From Moniliella sp. 'wahieum' (Eukaryota), in contig RSEE01000001.1 in NCBI GenBank assembly GCA_003971905.1, positions 930,001 to 994,000 on the forward strand: a stretch of DNA of 64,000 bases, written 5' to 3'. The position numbers were made by a program, and so were the translations under genes. Below are positions 1 through 12,279 of the stretch, piece after piece. Every line of letters begins with the position of its first letter. Positions within the stretch are counted from its first letter, which is position 1. Under the pieces are notes generated by a model that did no database searches, was not told the DNA's origin, and saw nothing but the letters and a program-made list of their open reading frames with translations.

Positions 1-716
1 TGCTGGCCTCGGGCGCCCTGGTTGTCGTCGGGCGCTACGCCCCCCCTTGTTCAGCCGACTGGCCACTAACCCAGTCGCCGCTACCACCAGATTCACTAGT
101 TGGCCAAAGCTTCCCGCACCCCCTCGACCTCAATTCTGGCACGCTGCGAGCCGAACCTGACTCGGCTTCCCCCACTGCTTCCACCCCTTTCCGTGGCGCC
201 CATGGCTCATGACGGCCTAGGTGCTAATGCCAAGGAACCGAAAGCAACGGACAAGGAATCACCCGTTCCAGGCCCCGGTTCGGAGGACATCGACCCGACC
301 CCAACTGTCGTGGAAGTACAGGCTGAGGAGGACCCTTCTTCTGAACCGGAAGCTGATGTCACGGTCACGGTTGCCCATGAATCCGAGCCACCTGACGATC
401 TCGAGGAAATCCCTACCGTGGCTGATGAGACGGATCTCTGTTGCGGGCCGACGGAACACGAACCCGCAGAGGAGGCGGACGTGACACTTGTCTCTCCTCC
501 CTCTATGCCGGTTGTTCAATCGGAGGAACTGAGTTTGAAACGCAAGCGCACCATCGATCCTGAAGACGATCAAGACGAAGAGCAAGAGGGCCGCAGCAGG
601 CGCCGCCTCGGAAGCGCCTGATGCGGGACCGTGTGCATGACTGGTTGTTGGGCGGCGCGGTGGGCGCCGTGGCCACGTTTACCTCCCTTGCCGCTTTGGG
701 AGCTAGCTTGGAGTAG
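1..716 (+). CDS. 3' part of a hypothetical acidic, low-complexity protein with a basic NLS-like cluster and C-terminal membrane anchor (tail-anchored); 5' end probably outside the window
   Basis: ORF 100..621 is Glu/Asp/Pro-rich and ends in KRKR...RSRRR. A frame change near 610 continues as RKRLMRDRVHDWLLGGAVGAVATFTSLAALGASLE* (TAG 714-716), a hydrophobic C-terminal helix. Confidence 0.5.
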
Positions 717-1885
717 ATGTCAAGCACGTGGAGTAGGAAACGCTAAGCGGCCGCATTCGACCACATGGATCGAGGCTGTGGGCCTGGCTTGTTTCGACTG
801 TTGATAAGTATCCTATACGTGGTGATCTTTTATCACTTCTCTTCATCTTGGCCATTCTCCCCTGTTCCAAGTCTTCTCCCCCCCCCTCTCCCTCCACACA
901 CACGCATTTTTTCGGTTCTCGTTTCGTTTTCGTCCCTTGTTTCCCGGGTTTCCCCCTCATGGGAGGATTCCTTTTACTGTCTGTTTGTTCTATGAGCTCG
1001 TTGGCATATATGCTGCTGTTTATACCGATGCCCCTTTCTCGTAGAATGTTGGGTTGTGAAAAGTTGGTTGGTTGGCACTTGCATACCCTGTGCATTCCAT
1101 ATCCTTTGCCAAGATTCTAGCACTGCAGTGTAATAGGCAAAGTGACAGGGACAGGCCAACCTCGATTTGGCGCACTTTTCTATGGCGGGCGGGAGGTCGT
1201 GGGAGGGGGGAAGAGGTTATGGGGAACTATGTTGCGACGGTGACTGGCCTCACCGATCGCGGTGCACTTCCGGCCTCAATGGCCCCGATGCTCCGCACTG
1301 CAGGTTCGCGAGCTCCCAGGACTGCTCATACGCGCGTACCCGGTAAGCCAACGACTTACTAGTAGCCTTCTCCTGTAGCCCTTGTCCTGCTTCCTATACT
1401 ACCAATGCCTATCTCTCGCCCGCAATCGATCGCCTACTACTTACTGTCCTAGACGCTTCAACATCCATTGCGCTCTCCATAGTGATAGTTGTAGCGACAA
1501 TGGTGGTCTCCATAGCCGAATGCACCACGATGTCGCTACAACTATCAATACTATCGCTTGTCGCGCAGGACCCTGAATGGTTCCTGAATGGTCCTCTGCA
1601 AACCACATCATAATGACCGTCTGTGGGCAAGGCTCAAGACTATCACAGATAAAGTCTGTAATGAGAGTTGCGGGACGGAGGCTGAATGAGCCTAGTAGAG
1701 AGCGGGAAAAGAACCAAAAGCCGTTGCATCGCACTGGCGGCGATCAAGAGAGACAGAAGCAGGGAAAAATGCAGTCATAGGGATTGAGAATTGGGAAAAA
1801 AACAAAAAACATATACAACCGATAGAGGGGGGAGATCAAGACCACACCCTACACGTCGCGGGTGCCGGCGCGTGCAGCCAGCTAT

Positions 1886-3821
1886 TTAGACAGCCCCTGC
1901 CAGGGACGAGGTGGGAGGCGTAGTGTACTGCCCCGCGTCAGGGGAAGCGTAGAGGTCCGGCACGGCCGGTACGGCAGGTACCGTGTCCGGCTGCCGCCAC
2001 AACGCTTGCAAGTTGGCCACCGAGGCAGATGGGGTGTGGACCGCCGAGGTGGAAGGCGTCATGTCGCCGAAGTAGCTGCTGCCAGCGGGGCCGGGACGCG
2101 AGTTGGCTGCGATGGCCTGGGCGGCGGCAGCGGCGGTGATCTCGGGGATGGGAGCAGACTTGTCACTAGGCACGAGGAAGCGGTGCAGATCGGTTTCGCC
2201 ATCGTCGTGATGCACCTTGCGTCCCAAGCCCAGCTTCTTTTGCCCGGGCACGTCAACCGTCAGGGGGCGCGCGACCGAGACAATGCGCTTGACACTCTTG
2301 TGCCACACGCAGCGCGCCAAGACGGGGACCGACGGGGACGGCTTGGCAGCTTGCACGCGCGACAGTTCGTAGATGGTCTGGGCCATCTTGAGCTTGGAGC
2401 ACTGCGCCACCTCCTCCGCTGTGGTCGGGGACGACCGGTGCCTGGGTGGACCAAGTCTTTGACGGCAATGGGCGGGAGGGAGATGGTACGGAACTTGACA
2501 TCGACAAACGCGCCCACATACACTTGACCGTTCCCGCCACACTGTTTGCAATCAATCGAACCGCGCGCATCGCACTTGAGGCAAGCATGAATCTTGCGGC
2601 CATTGCAATTGTCACATGTCTTGCGCTTGCGAATGCCCGTGCCGTCGCACCAGAAGCATTCGTCCGGCTCAGCGTCGCGGCAGAGCGGGCACATGGTCGT
2701 GCCCTTGGCGTCGCACGCCGAGCATCCTGCCATGGCTTCAAACTCGGGCAGACGGTAGGTCTTTTTGCTCTTGGCCTTGCCCGTGGCGATGTGCGAGCTG
2801 GCATCGAGGGGCAAGAGCCAGGCCGAAGGCAAAGCCGGCGCGCGCTCCACCGTCTCCACCAGCCCAGCGCGTTCGGCGGGCGGCTCGGGGCCCAAGGGCT
2901 TCCACACCGCCTCCCGCTTCTCCAAAACGACCACGCCACGCACCACACTCTGCTCCATCACACTCTCCACCTGCACCTGCAGCGCAGCAAAGCGGGCCTG
3001 CTCCTCCTCGGGAGTGATCGGCTTGAAACGCGCCCGGACCGCCTTGTCGACCGCGGGCGGGTTCTCGTGCGGCTTGCGCGTCTTGGCGCCCGGCTCAATG
3101 CGCTGGGTGAGGAAGCGGTGCTGCTTGACAATCCGGTCCCGCAACTCTTCCGACGAGGGCGGTACGGGTTCTTGGTTCGACACGAAAAATTGCACATCCG
3201 AAGCCGACAGGTTGGAGATGAGCTTGGCGTCGCTCCCGTCGCCCATGATGGACGAACCAAGCGGCACCTGCTCCGGACGCTTGCCTGCCACTCGCTCCTC
3301 CAGCGTTTCAATCACCTCGACATTCTCCGCCCCGGGCAACGCCTGGCGTGCCTCGCGCGTCTCGAGCGAGGGCGTAGACACGTTCCGGCTCGCATCGCTG
3401 CCACTGGCCGCGTTCGTGCCCGGAACAGCAAGGTCGGCGGAATACGCCGGGTACGGGTTGTACGACGTTGCTTCGTGGCCTGCGCGCAGGAACAGAGCGG
3501 AAGGGTCAGGCGGGGGAGGCGAACAGAGGATGAAGGGGAGAAACGAAAAGGACACGTACCATCGGGAGCGATGTGGGCGAGCATGGTGCGCAGGTTCTCG
3601 ATCTGCTGCTCGTCGGGGCCATCGGCGTGGGGCGCATCGGCAGCATCGGCGGCGTACGCATCGGCCCAGGGGCGGGGGTCGGCGGGCTGGACGAGGGGCT
3701 TGCGCTGCTGGTAGAAGGGGGTGGCGTGGTCGGGGGTGGGGGGGCCGCTGGGGTCGCTTTCGCTGGGCGCGCGGAAGTGGTTGCGGGGGCGCAGGGCGTC
3801 GGGGTGCGCGGAGGCTTGCAT
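1886..3821 (-). CDS. SSUH2-like protein with a DnaJ-type CxxCxGxG zinc-finger region and no J-domain
   Basis: ATG 3821 (MQASAHPD...). Intron 3480..3559 (GTACGT...CAG). Six CxxC units (CSACDAKG, CPLC, CFWCDGTG, CDNCNG, CLKCDARG, CKQCGGNG) followed by VYVGAFVDVKFR. Frameshift near 2420-2430 into ORF 1886..2551. Confidence 0.65.
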
Positions 3822-6800
3822 GCTGGCAGGGCAGAGAGGAGGCGGCGGGGGGGAGGAGAGGGCGCAGACGAAGCAGAGGCGTGGCTATATAATCCACCCC
3901 GTGCAGCCGCCACCTGGGGCCGCCGTTTTGGGTGGCAGCCACCTGCGCCCGTCTGCGTCTGTGTGCGTCTGTCTGGGGCCGCAGGGTGCACAGGTGGGGG
4001 CACAGCACACGCACGGCAGCACACAGGCGCCGTGCCCCAGCGCTGCCCTGCGATGCCGTCGGACGCCTGCATCCCTCGGTCCCTCGGTTCCTCGGCCGTC
4101 CCAGCAGTCTCCCCGCAGCTCCCCCGTGCGCCCAGCCGCAGCCCCCTTGCAATCGCCAGCTCCCGCCCGTCCACCTCTCTGATCGGGCTCCTTCCCAGTG
4201 TCGCATGAGGCATGGTTGGATGATGCATGACTTGTGACAGTGTGTCGCATGCCACATGTCATGTGGCACTCGCCATGCGTCACGCGTCACACTCACGATA
4301 CCAGTCACTTGACTAAAACTAGTCAGAACCCAAGCGCCACCTGGCTCTTCTCTCCCTTCAAACGGGGAGGGGTGACCAGGGCGACCGCTGAGCGGATGAA
4401 GGGTGCTGGGCAAGTTGACGGATGCACTGCTCGTTCATCATGCACCATGGCCGGATGCATGATGCGGCCGCGCCAAGAGGAGAGACAGTAAGCGCGTTAG
4501 CGCTAAAAAGCATTGCATAGCGATCGAGTGATCGATGAGCGATGGTCAATTCGATCATCGATCAATATTCAATGGCAGACACCGACCATTGATCGATGAT
4601 CACTTTTCGTCGCATGATGGGCAGGATGGATGATCGATGACGCATGGTGTATGATGTGCATGACGCATGATCGCTGATATCCGAGGATCGATGACGCAGT
4701 GGCCGGCGACCGGTGTCCGGTGAGTGAATCGGTGACGCTTCAAGCTTTTCCAGACGCTATCGACTGTGGAGCTATCCGCGCGTGCGCGTTGCCCACGTCG
4801 GGTGGGGCCCAGCGATACGACCGGATCCCGATTCTGCAATCAGAGCAAGAGGTCAGGTGATCGATAGGGATCGATTAAATTGCTGCTGAGTGAATGTAAA
4901 GACAAGCGAAGAGAAAGGGGGGGGGAAGGGAGTCGGATCTGAGAAGAGAGGGAAGACGAATAGCCGTGACAGCCGTGACTTCCAGATGAAAGAGCGTCAG
5001 AGCGTCAGCGCCGTCAGCTGCCAAACTTTTGCCCTGCTATTCTGTCGGATGGGAGTGATTGGGAACGCTAGTCCCCGGCTATGTTCTTGATACACTGCAC
5101 TGGTGTTCCAACACCGGTACCATTACAAGCTTCACCAGCGGCAGCTTCACCTTTTTCAAGCTTCATGCTTCAAGCTTCACAGCTTCACAGCTTCACAGCT
5201 TTCATCATCGCGCGACCATCCCCCGCCCTCTCCTCAGATCTCAGACCTCACTAGCTCACTGCCTATGGGCGGCGCCTTACAGCACCCTTTGGTATCGAGG
5301 AGCCGGCAACACTCGCCAGTCTGGGCGCCCAAGCCCACACGCCTCACAGGCCCGATCCACACAGTTCGCACGAATCAATCAAACTACTCAAATGTCTTTT
5401 GCTCAGCGCCAACGCCGGCCCGAGCGCCTCAGCTTCAATTCTGATCTCGATCTCACTGGTCGCGAGTCACCAGTCACACATCCCTGGCAACTCTCGGGAT
5501 GGCTATGGCGTCCCCGTCTATGGATGGCGTCCAAAACACCCCGAGACCATCAGAGCCGACACTGACACTGACGCACAACGCCACCCTCTCTCCGCCCACA
5601 GCCATCATGCTCTTGAAGCTAGGTGCCGTATAGATAGCAGCGTATGGCTGGGACGTTGTTCGCAATCATCTGATGATGATGATCAATTGGGCATGGAATA
5701 GCCGTGGGACCAGTGTGGCCCGCTCGCTTTTGCACATGTTCCGGTGGCAAGCTGTGGCTTAAACACTGGGTACTCAAGGATTCACGACCCTATTCCTATT
5801 CTACTGAGTGAATCCAGCACGCCCTTTGCAATGGCAGACCATCCGCAAGTATGGTGGATGGAGCGAGTACGCCCATGTGGGATGCAACGTGCGCGGGACA
5901 GGCGCAGATACATCTGGCCGTTCGCGCACCATCTGCAGATGGTAGTCCACATGTCCACGAAAAGCCTCAAAGCCCGCGACGATAGACGTTGAATGTGAGC
6001 ATGAGCGTGTGCCATGCGTCATGCATCATGCATCATGCGAGAGCTGGTATCATGCATGGTGCATGACGCATGATACGTGCGAACCATAATGCAGTTTGAA
6101 CGTACTTTAACGTTTAACATTGTGTTTTGTCATTTGGCCGTGCGCCACAGCCGGCGCCACAATCCCGATTGGTCGCATGCCCTCCCAGATCCCATGCCCC
6201 AGCCCTGGCCCCACGGGGCGGCGGGGTAAGCTGGGGGAGTTGCGCAGTTTACCGTTTGCGCGTACGGAGTTCCGAAAGAGCACCAAGTGTGGGTGGAAAG
6301 TACTATAATCGGATTCAGTTCGCAATGGTGGAGCGCGTGCTTTTACATGTTCGTAGCATGCTGCCGAGGAGAGACCCCGAGGACACCTCTTATGCACCCT
6401 TTTCCGCACGGCGTTATGCAATGAAGCTGGCCACCTTTATAACTAGAAGCGTTGGAGTCCTGAAAGCTTGAAGCCTTTAGATCTGGGAGTTTGAGAGCTT
6501 GAACTGTGGTGCCCCCATCGACTCAATCATGCATCACGCATTCTACCTTTATCACGGGAACATCGATCATCGATCAGCGTATCAACGTTCAACATCACTG
6601 GTCAGTGACGCGTGACGCGTGACGGGTGTCAGTCACTAGTCACAATGTGAATGCGTGTTTGTAAAGCTTGAAGGTGCGTTGAAAGAGAGCATACGATCGG
6701 TGATCGGTGATCTGGGTGGCTTTGAATTAAACTTACCGCCGGGATAGGCTGTGGAGAGGCTTGCAAGTCGCCTAGGTCGCCTAGTTCGCCACACTATTGG

Positions 6801-8586
6801 AGGGATGCAGCTTACAGCTTACAGGTTCTTGAAGCTTGAAGCTTGAAAAAGGCTTAAGCTTGGGGGACTCGACGAGCTGCTTGAACTGCTTGTTGGCTCA
6901 AGCTTTGAAGCTTGAAGCTTGGCCTGAGCCCTATATGATCTGAGAGCTTGAGCCTTGAGCGCTCGAGCGCTCGAACCGCTGGCTCAGCGCCCTCATCAGC
7001 CTCAGCGCTGGGTAATAAGCGTAACTTGGGATCCTAGTAAGCGCTAAGCTGAACAGCAAAAGCTCGAGTTTTGCGCCGAAGGCTTACATCCGGTAGCCCA
7101 CAGGTAGCGCTTTTCTTGGCCCGGGGTAGCTCAGAGTGCGAACAACGAGCTACTAGCTGCTAGCCACTAGACTGGGCATTTGTGAGATGTGAGATCCGAG
7201 TTGTGACATGTAGAGATCTGAGAATCTGGACTCGAAAACAAGCCCCCCCCCTCGTTCGCACTGGGTTTGCCGGGGTTTCCGGTTACTGGTCCGGTCCACA
7301 GTACGGTTACATATAGAACTGACAGCGGGTATAGCTTGTCTCTATAGGAAGTCACTAGCTAGTCACTAATAGTCACTAGTCACTACTAGTCACTCAATCG
7401 AGGCAGGTGGGAATTCAATATTCAGGAGTAAAAGGCCCAAGGAGAGCTAGGCCTGTGGGAGCGGTGCGAGAGGTTCATGGAAGCCGGAAATCCGTGGAAG
7501 TTCCGGAACACCAGGGAACACCGGGCACCCCAGCTCCATACACTGCATATAGGTCGGGGCACGTGTCGCACATGTCACTGATGGCCGATGGCTCTGTAGG
7601 CCACTGGGGGGTACTGGACCCAGTACCCAATGCCGGACAGCGGACACGCCGGTCAGCCTGAGACCGGTGACCGTCACCTCGCCCAGGGCTGAGGCTCAAC
7701 TACGCAGCAGCAGTCTTATTCTCCCCCTGTTGGAGCCGGAAAAATCAACAGCACGTGCATCTTGCCACAGCAGCCGCAGGCCGCACTGGAGACAATAAAG
7801 CATTGTGTGTGTCCTTTGTCATGCATGCATGGCGTCGTAAAATTTTTATTAGGACGTTGCTCCACAGGGTTTTGTGGGCGTGCCGCTGATAACGAGGAGC
7901 TGCACGATAATCGATAACTAGAAACTAGTAACTACAGCGTTAGAACATAGGGTGCGACAAAATGTGTCTGCACCACGTTCGTTGGTGTATCCACTCGCGC
8001 TACATCCGGGTTGGAAAAGCGAACGACGGTGAAGCTTGAAGCTTGAAGCCAGAGGGCGCCGACTTGCTGGCGACTCCACTGGCCTTTTGCAATTGGGTTG
8101 GCACAACAAGCAGCAGATGCCGGCAGCTCGGTTCCCAAACCACTTCTCTAGGGCAATTAAATTACGTTTTAGAGTAAAGCATTACCAATGGCAAAGCCTA
8201 TGTCACAACGATGAGCCGATGCCATTCTAGGCCGCACATCTCCCTTTGATCTAACCAGCTAGGTGCAATACAGAGGATGGATCACCTGATTGATCATCAG
8301 GAACAGAATCAGGCATGCCAAGCCCGCTGTTGGTTCGGAGCGAACAAAAATGCATACGAGAGGGGGGCAAAGGAAGGAAAGGGCACAAGTAATAACGGCC
8401 CGAACAAAGGGAGAGACAAGGAGGGAAAGGGTCCTAAGCAAAACCCGAAACCCTCGGACTGTGGCAGCCCCACCGGAAGAGGGTCAGGTGACGGGAGTTA
8501 CAAGAAAGGGGCGTATCAAGATTCAGGGAAGTGGGTGGGACAAGCAGAGGGGTAAAGGGGAGCGAAGGGGAGACAATCTGAGCCAA

Positions 8587-10124
8587 TTACTCGTCATCGG
8601 CGGTAAGCCAGAAAGAACTTGCGAGCAAACAGTCGGTGGGCATCTCGACCGCAAGGTGGAAAACGGTAGCAATGACGATGGCCAGCGGTACACACGCAAA
8701 GAACTGGGCTGCGACGATCGCACCGGACCCAGTAGCGTGGCCGGCGACCGACATGTGCTGCCAGATGAGCGGGCCGAGCGATTGGAAAATGGCGCCTTCG
8801 ACAAGGAAGAGGGAGTAGGAGATCCGGCCGAGGAAGAGAAGGACTGGGTTGTTGGCAAAGATAGCACGAGCCGATGCGAACATTTCCAGCAAGATCATCG
8901 CGTTGGCAGCGACAAACCAGTCGTCAATGCGCGGGTAGCCCGTTGCCGAGGGGTCAAAGCCAGTCCAGAGCAAGCCCGTTTGCGAGTTGTCGTGAGCCAC
9001 CCATTCATTCCGGTGGTCGGGGGCCGCGTCGCCAAAGACGTACTTCAGTACCACGCCCACGCACAACCAAAACGCAGGGATGGTCCAAACGGGGACGAGG
9101 TTGAAGAGCTTCTTGGTCCCCAGGGAGCCCAGGTCGTACACCACCACCGCTTCGGCCAAGAAGAGGCCAGTGAGAGAGTAGTAGGCAAAGTTGCCCAGCC
9201 ACCAAGACCAGAGCCAAAGGATCGCACCAAAGATGAACTTGGGATAGCCACGAACGTAAGGGAGCATGATGGCAAATGCGTACACCGAGTACGATTGAAT
9301 AAAGTTGCGCGTCACGGTCCAGAGCACACCGCGGGGCGGGAAGAAGTCCATGGGCACTGTGTTGATGGCGTTCGAGTTGTCAAAGACATAGGCAGTGAGC
9401 GAGTCAAGATAGTTCAGCACGCTCGTCCACTTGGCAGCAGGGGCGACAAAGGTGTTGTTGAGCGCATACGAGAAGGGCGCCGCTGCACCAAATGCGTTTT
9501 GCGAGGCCATGATGGTCACGATCGCCAGGGCAATGGCCAGTGGAAAGAAGACACGGATGGGCGGCGGAAAGCGGCGCCGGCGATGGAGGTGTTGGTGCGG
9601 CGCTCGATAAACGTGTGCACACCGACACGAGCGGCAATGAGAAAGAAGAAGGTGGACTGCAGGCTGCCATCCCACAACAGAGGCTGGAAGACCTTGCGGA
9701 CCGTGCTCTGCCACTTGGGAGAGTGCTCCAGGAAGGGCGCAGGACGAACATTGAACTCGTCCGTGTCGGTTGCGATGGCTGCAGGGGGGGGCGTCAGTAC
9801 TTCGTCGACAAAGGAGGGGGCAAGAGACAGGGACAAGAGACACGTACCTGGTGCCAAAAGACGGAAAAAGGCCCAGAGACAGACCTCAAACGCGATCAGG
9901 CCGCGGAGCGCCTGGATGTAAGGCACACGTTCCGAGTAGGAACGCCCATAATCGTGAGCAGGGTCGTTGGTAAATGCAAAGGGGGTGACGCCCGCCAGCT
10001 CGGCGCTGGTCTCGAGTTTCTTGTACCCCATCTCAGAGATAGGGCCAGCCATGGGCTCGACAGGCTGGGCAGGCACCTGAGGCTGAGCCTCCGACTTCTC
10101 CCGCAAGTTGGAGAGAAAGGGCAT
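8587..10124 (-). CDS. Acyltransferase-3 (OafA/YrhL)-like polytopic membrane protein with degenerate motifs
   Basis: ATG 10124 (MPFLSNLREK). RVPYIQALRGL resembles LDGLRG. Also FFFLIAARV, RRPIR and LGRISYSLFL, with many hydrophobic helices. In-frame intron 9779..9847 (GTACGT/CTGAC/CAG). One frameshift near 9560. Stop at 8587. Confidence 0.75.
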
Positions 10125-12279
10125 AGCGATGGTGGTGGTGGGAGCGAAGGGACAAGGGGTGGTGGGAGGAGGTTGGGGCTGGGGTGGGCTGGCACAGTTG
10201 CGGGTCGCCGGTTGCCGCTCGTGGCGCCTGGGCAGGCTGTGTGGAGTACGTAGGCGGGCGCGGCGCCCTAGTCTGAAATCGGAGACCTGAATATTGAATT
10301 GGCAGGCGCCGTTTCGAAGCACCAACCACACTGGCGCCAGCGCAGCCGCAGGGGCGCTGGGCCGGCGCCGCCTGAAACCAATGATCGATGAGTAGGTGTG
10401 GGTACCGGTGATCTAGAACCGGTGACCTGATGGTGCAGTGACGACGGCTAGTGACCGGTGACCAAGTGACCTGTGATGCCTGTGATTGGTGATTGGTGAC
10501 CAATTCAATGGCTTGCGAGCATGATGCTCGATGCATGGTGATCGATGTGACCTGTGACAGGTGACCGGTGACCGCTGTTCACAGATCGATCATCGATCAG
10601 CAGGGAAGTGATTTGACTTGTAATTAAAGGGATTAGTTTTTTACGGCTTCGTTCGATCGGGATCGAGTGATCGATGATGGATGGTCGGGAAATTGGCAGC
10701 CTCGGCTAGTCCTCCGTACTTGTGCTTGCATAGTTGTTGCCTGTTGTTGCCTAACAAAGGTCTAAGGCCTCCTGAGGACACTCAGTGCACGATTCTTGGT
10801 TGATGTCCCCCACATTTAGAACAGGTGGTTTGCGACCCCTTCGGAAGCGGTACAACATGTTTTTGTACGTTCGTCGACGACACTCGTTCACGTGCGCACG
10901 ACGGCAACCGCATGTTTCCCCAGCCACACCCTCAATTTAGTCATCGATCGGTAATCAATACGTTGGCCATCCACTATCCGCCGCAGGGCGAAGGCCTAAG
11001 ACGTGATTAAGATTGTTCAAATCTTATCGCACCAACACAGCCATCAAACGCCCTGTTCCGCACGGACATTGAACGTTAGCGTTGAACGACGTTGAACCTT
11101 TAGTTCTCCTCCATATGGTCGCTGCTTTCTTTGGCCTGGCATGGCCTCCCTCACGGCCCCGGTGCTGACATGCTACCGTGTGCACGCACCGCGAGCGAGC
11201 ACGCTGCAGATGGTTTACAGGGGAGTGGTAAATGTGGACTCGTATTGCTTAGCGGTTAGCCCCATGGGGAACACTGTCATTCGCATTGCGAAGACAAAGA
11301 AAAGTCGTCCGAATGGTTGATGGTCGATGATTGATGCACTCTTCGATGGTGCCGCACAAAAGGGAGGCTGGTTGGCGCTCTCTGTTGTGGCACAGGTGTG
11401 TGCCATGCAGTCCCAGTCCCGTGGACAGATGGACGGACGGCGTGACGCACCACACGAGAGATGGCTTCAGGGGGCTTACGCTCTAAGATGGTATAGAACA
11501 GTGCAGTAGCAGTGCTTGGCACCTTAGGCTTGAAAGTCTAAGGCGTAACGCGTAAGGCGTACGGCTAGGATGGAATATGAAAACTGTTTGAGATTTAAGG
11601 CAAAACTCCCCGGTGAGCGCGCGGCTGAGCCAGGCTGAGCCTCAGCTGAGCGCAGACGCATGAGATATGATCGATGATATCTCGGAGTGTACCAGGGGGA
11701 GGGCGACCAGGGGGACACCCGGGAGAATGGGAAGGAAGAGAAGGGGGTGGTCGCTGATCGCTGATCGCTGATCGATGAAGCGCTTGAGGGGGGCATTGGG
11801 GTGGCTTAAAGCTTGGCGTGATATGTGACGCGTGACGCAATTAGATCGATTATCGATTACATGCAAGAAGATTTGTGGCGCCTGCCGGTGTGCGCGGCGC
11901 CAGGCAGGTATCATGCACTCATGCACTCATGCATCGCAATCGGTACTCCGTATTCAGAACGCAGATCATCGATCGCCAATGCGTGCACCCTGGATTCGGA
12001 GGCCGCACGCGTGACCAGGTGGGATTGTGACTGGTCGGCTGGGCGTTGGTGTTGCATGCATGATGTGTGGAGCATGATGCATGACAGGCCAGCACCCTGG
12101 TCGCACTGAGCTGCACGCCACCAGACTGCGCCCATGCCCACCTGCGGGTGCTCGCCCTCCGCCAGCAAACCACCTATCGCGCTTTGCTCTTCAAAACCCA
12201 GGTGCTGCTCATCTCTCCCACCACTACCCCACCACCATCTCCACCGCCTCTCTCCGGCCTTCCTGGGACTGCCGCAACG

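Noticed and set aside
3795..3810. HPD tripeptide near the N-terminus of the zinc-finger protein as a J-domain
   Set aside because: It sits at residues 6-8 with no preceding J-domain helices; likely chance.
7118..7190. GGCCCGGGGTAGCTCAG resembles a tRNA 5' end / A-box
   Set aside because: No downstream T-loop (GTTCRA) or acceptor-stem complement; it cannot be folded into a cloverleaf.
7608..7630. GGGTACTGG-AC-CCAGTACCC inverted repeat as a terminator or transposon TIR
   Set aside because: Isolated short hairpin with no U-tract, no matching partner end and no transposase nearby.
8290..9921. 543-aa plus-strand ORF, and similar long antisense ORFs at 2446..3714, 38340..39227 and 53723..54547
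   Set aside because: These are antisense shadows of GC3-rich real genes, with no recognisable domains.
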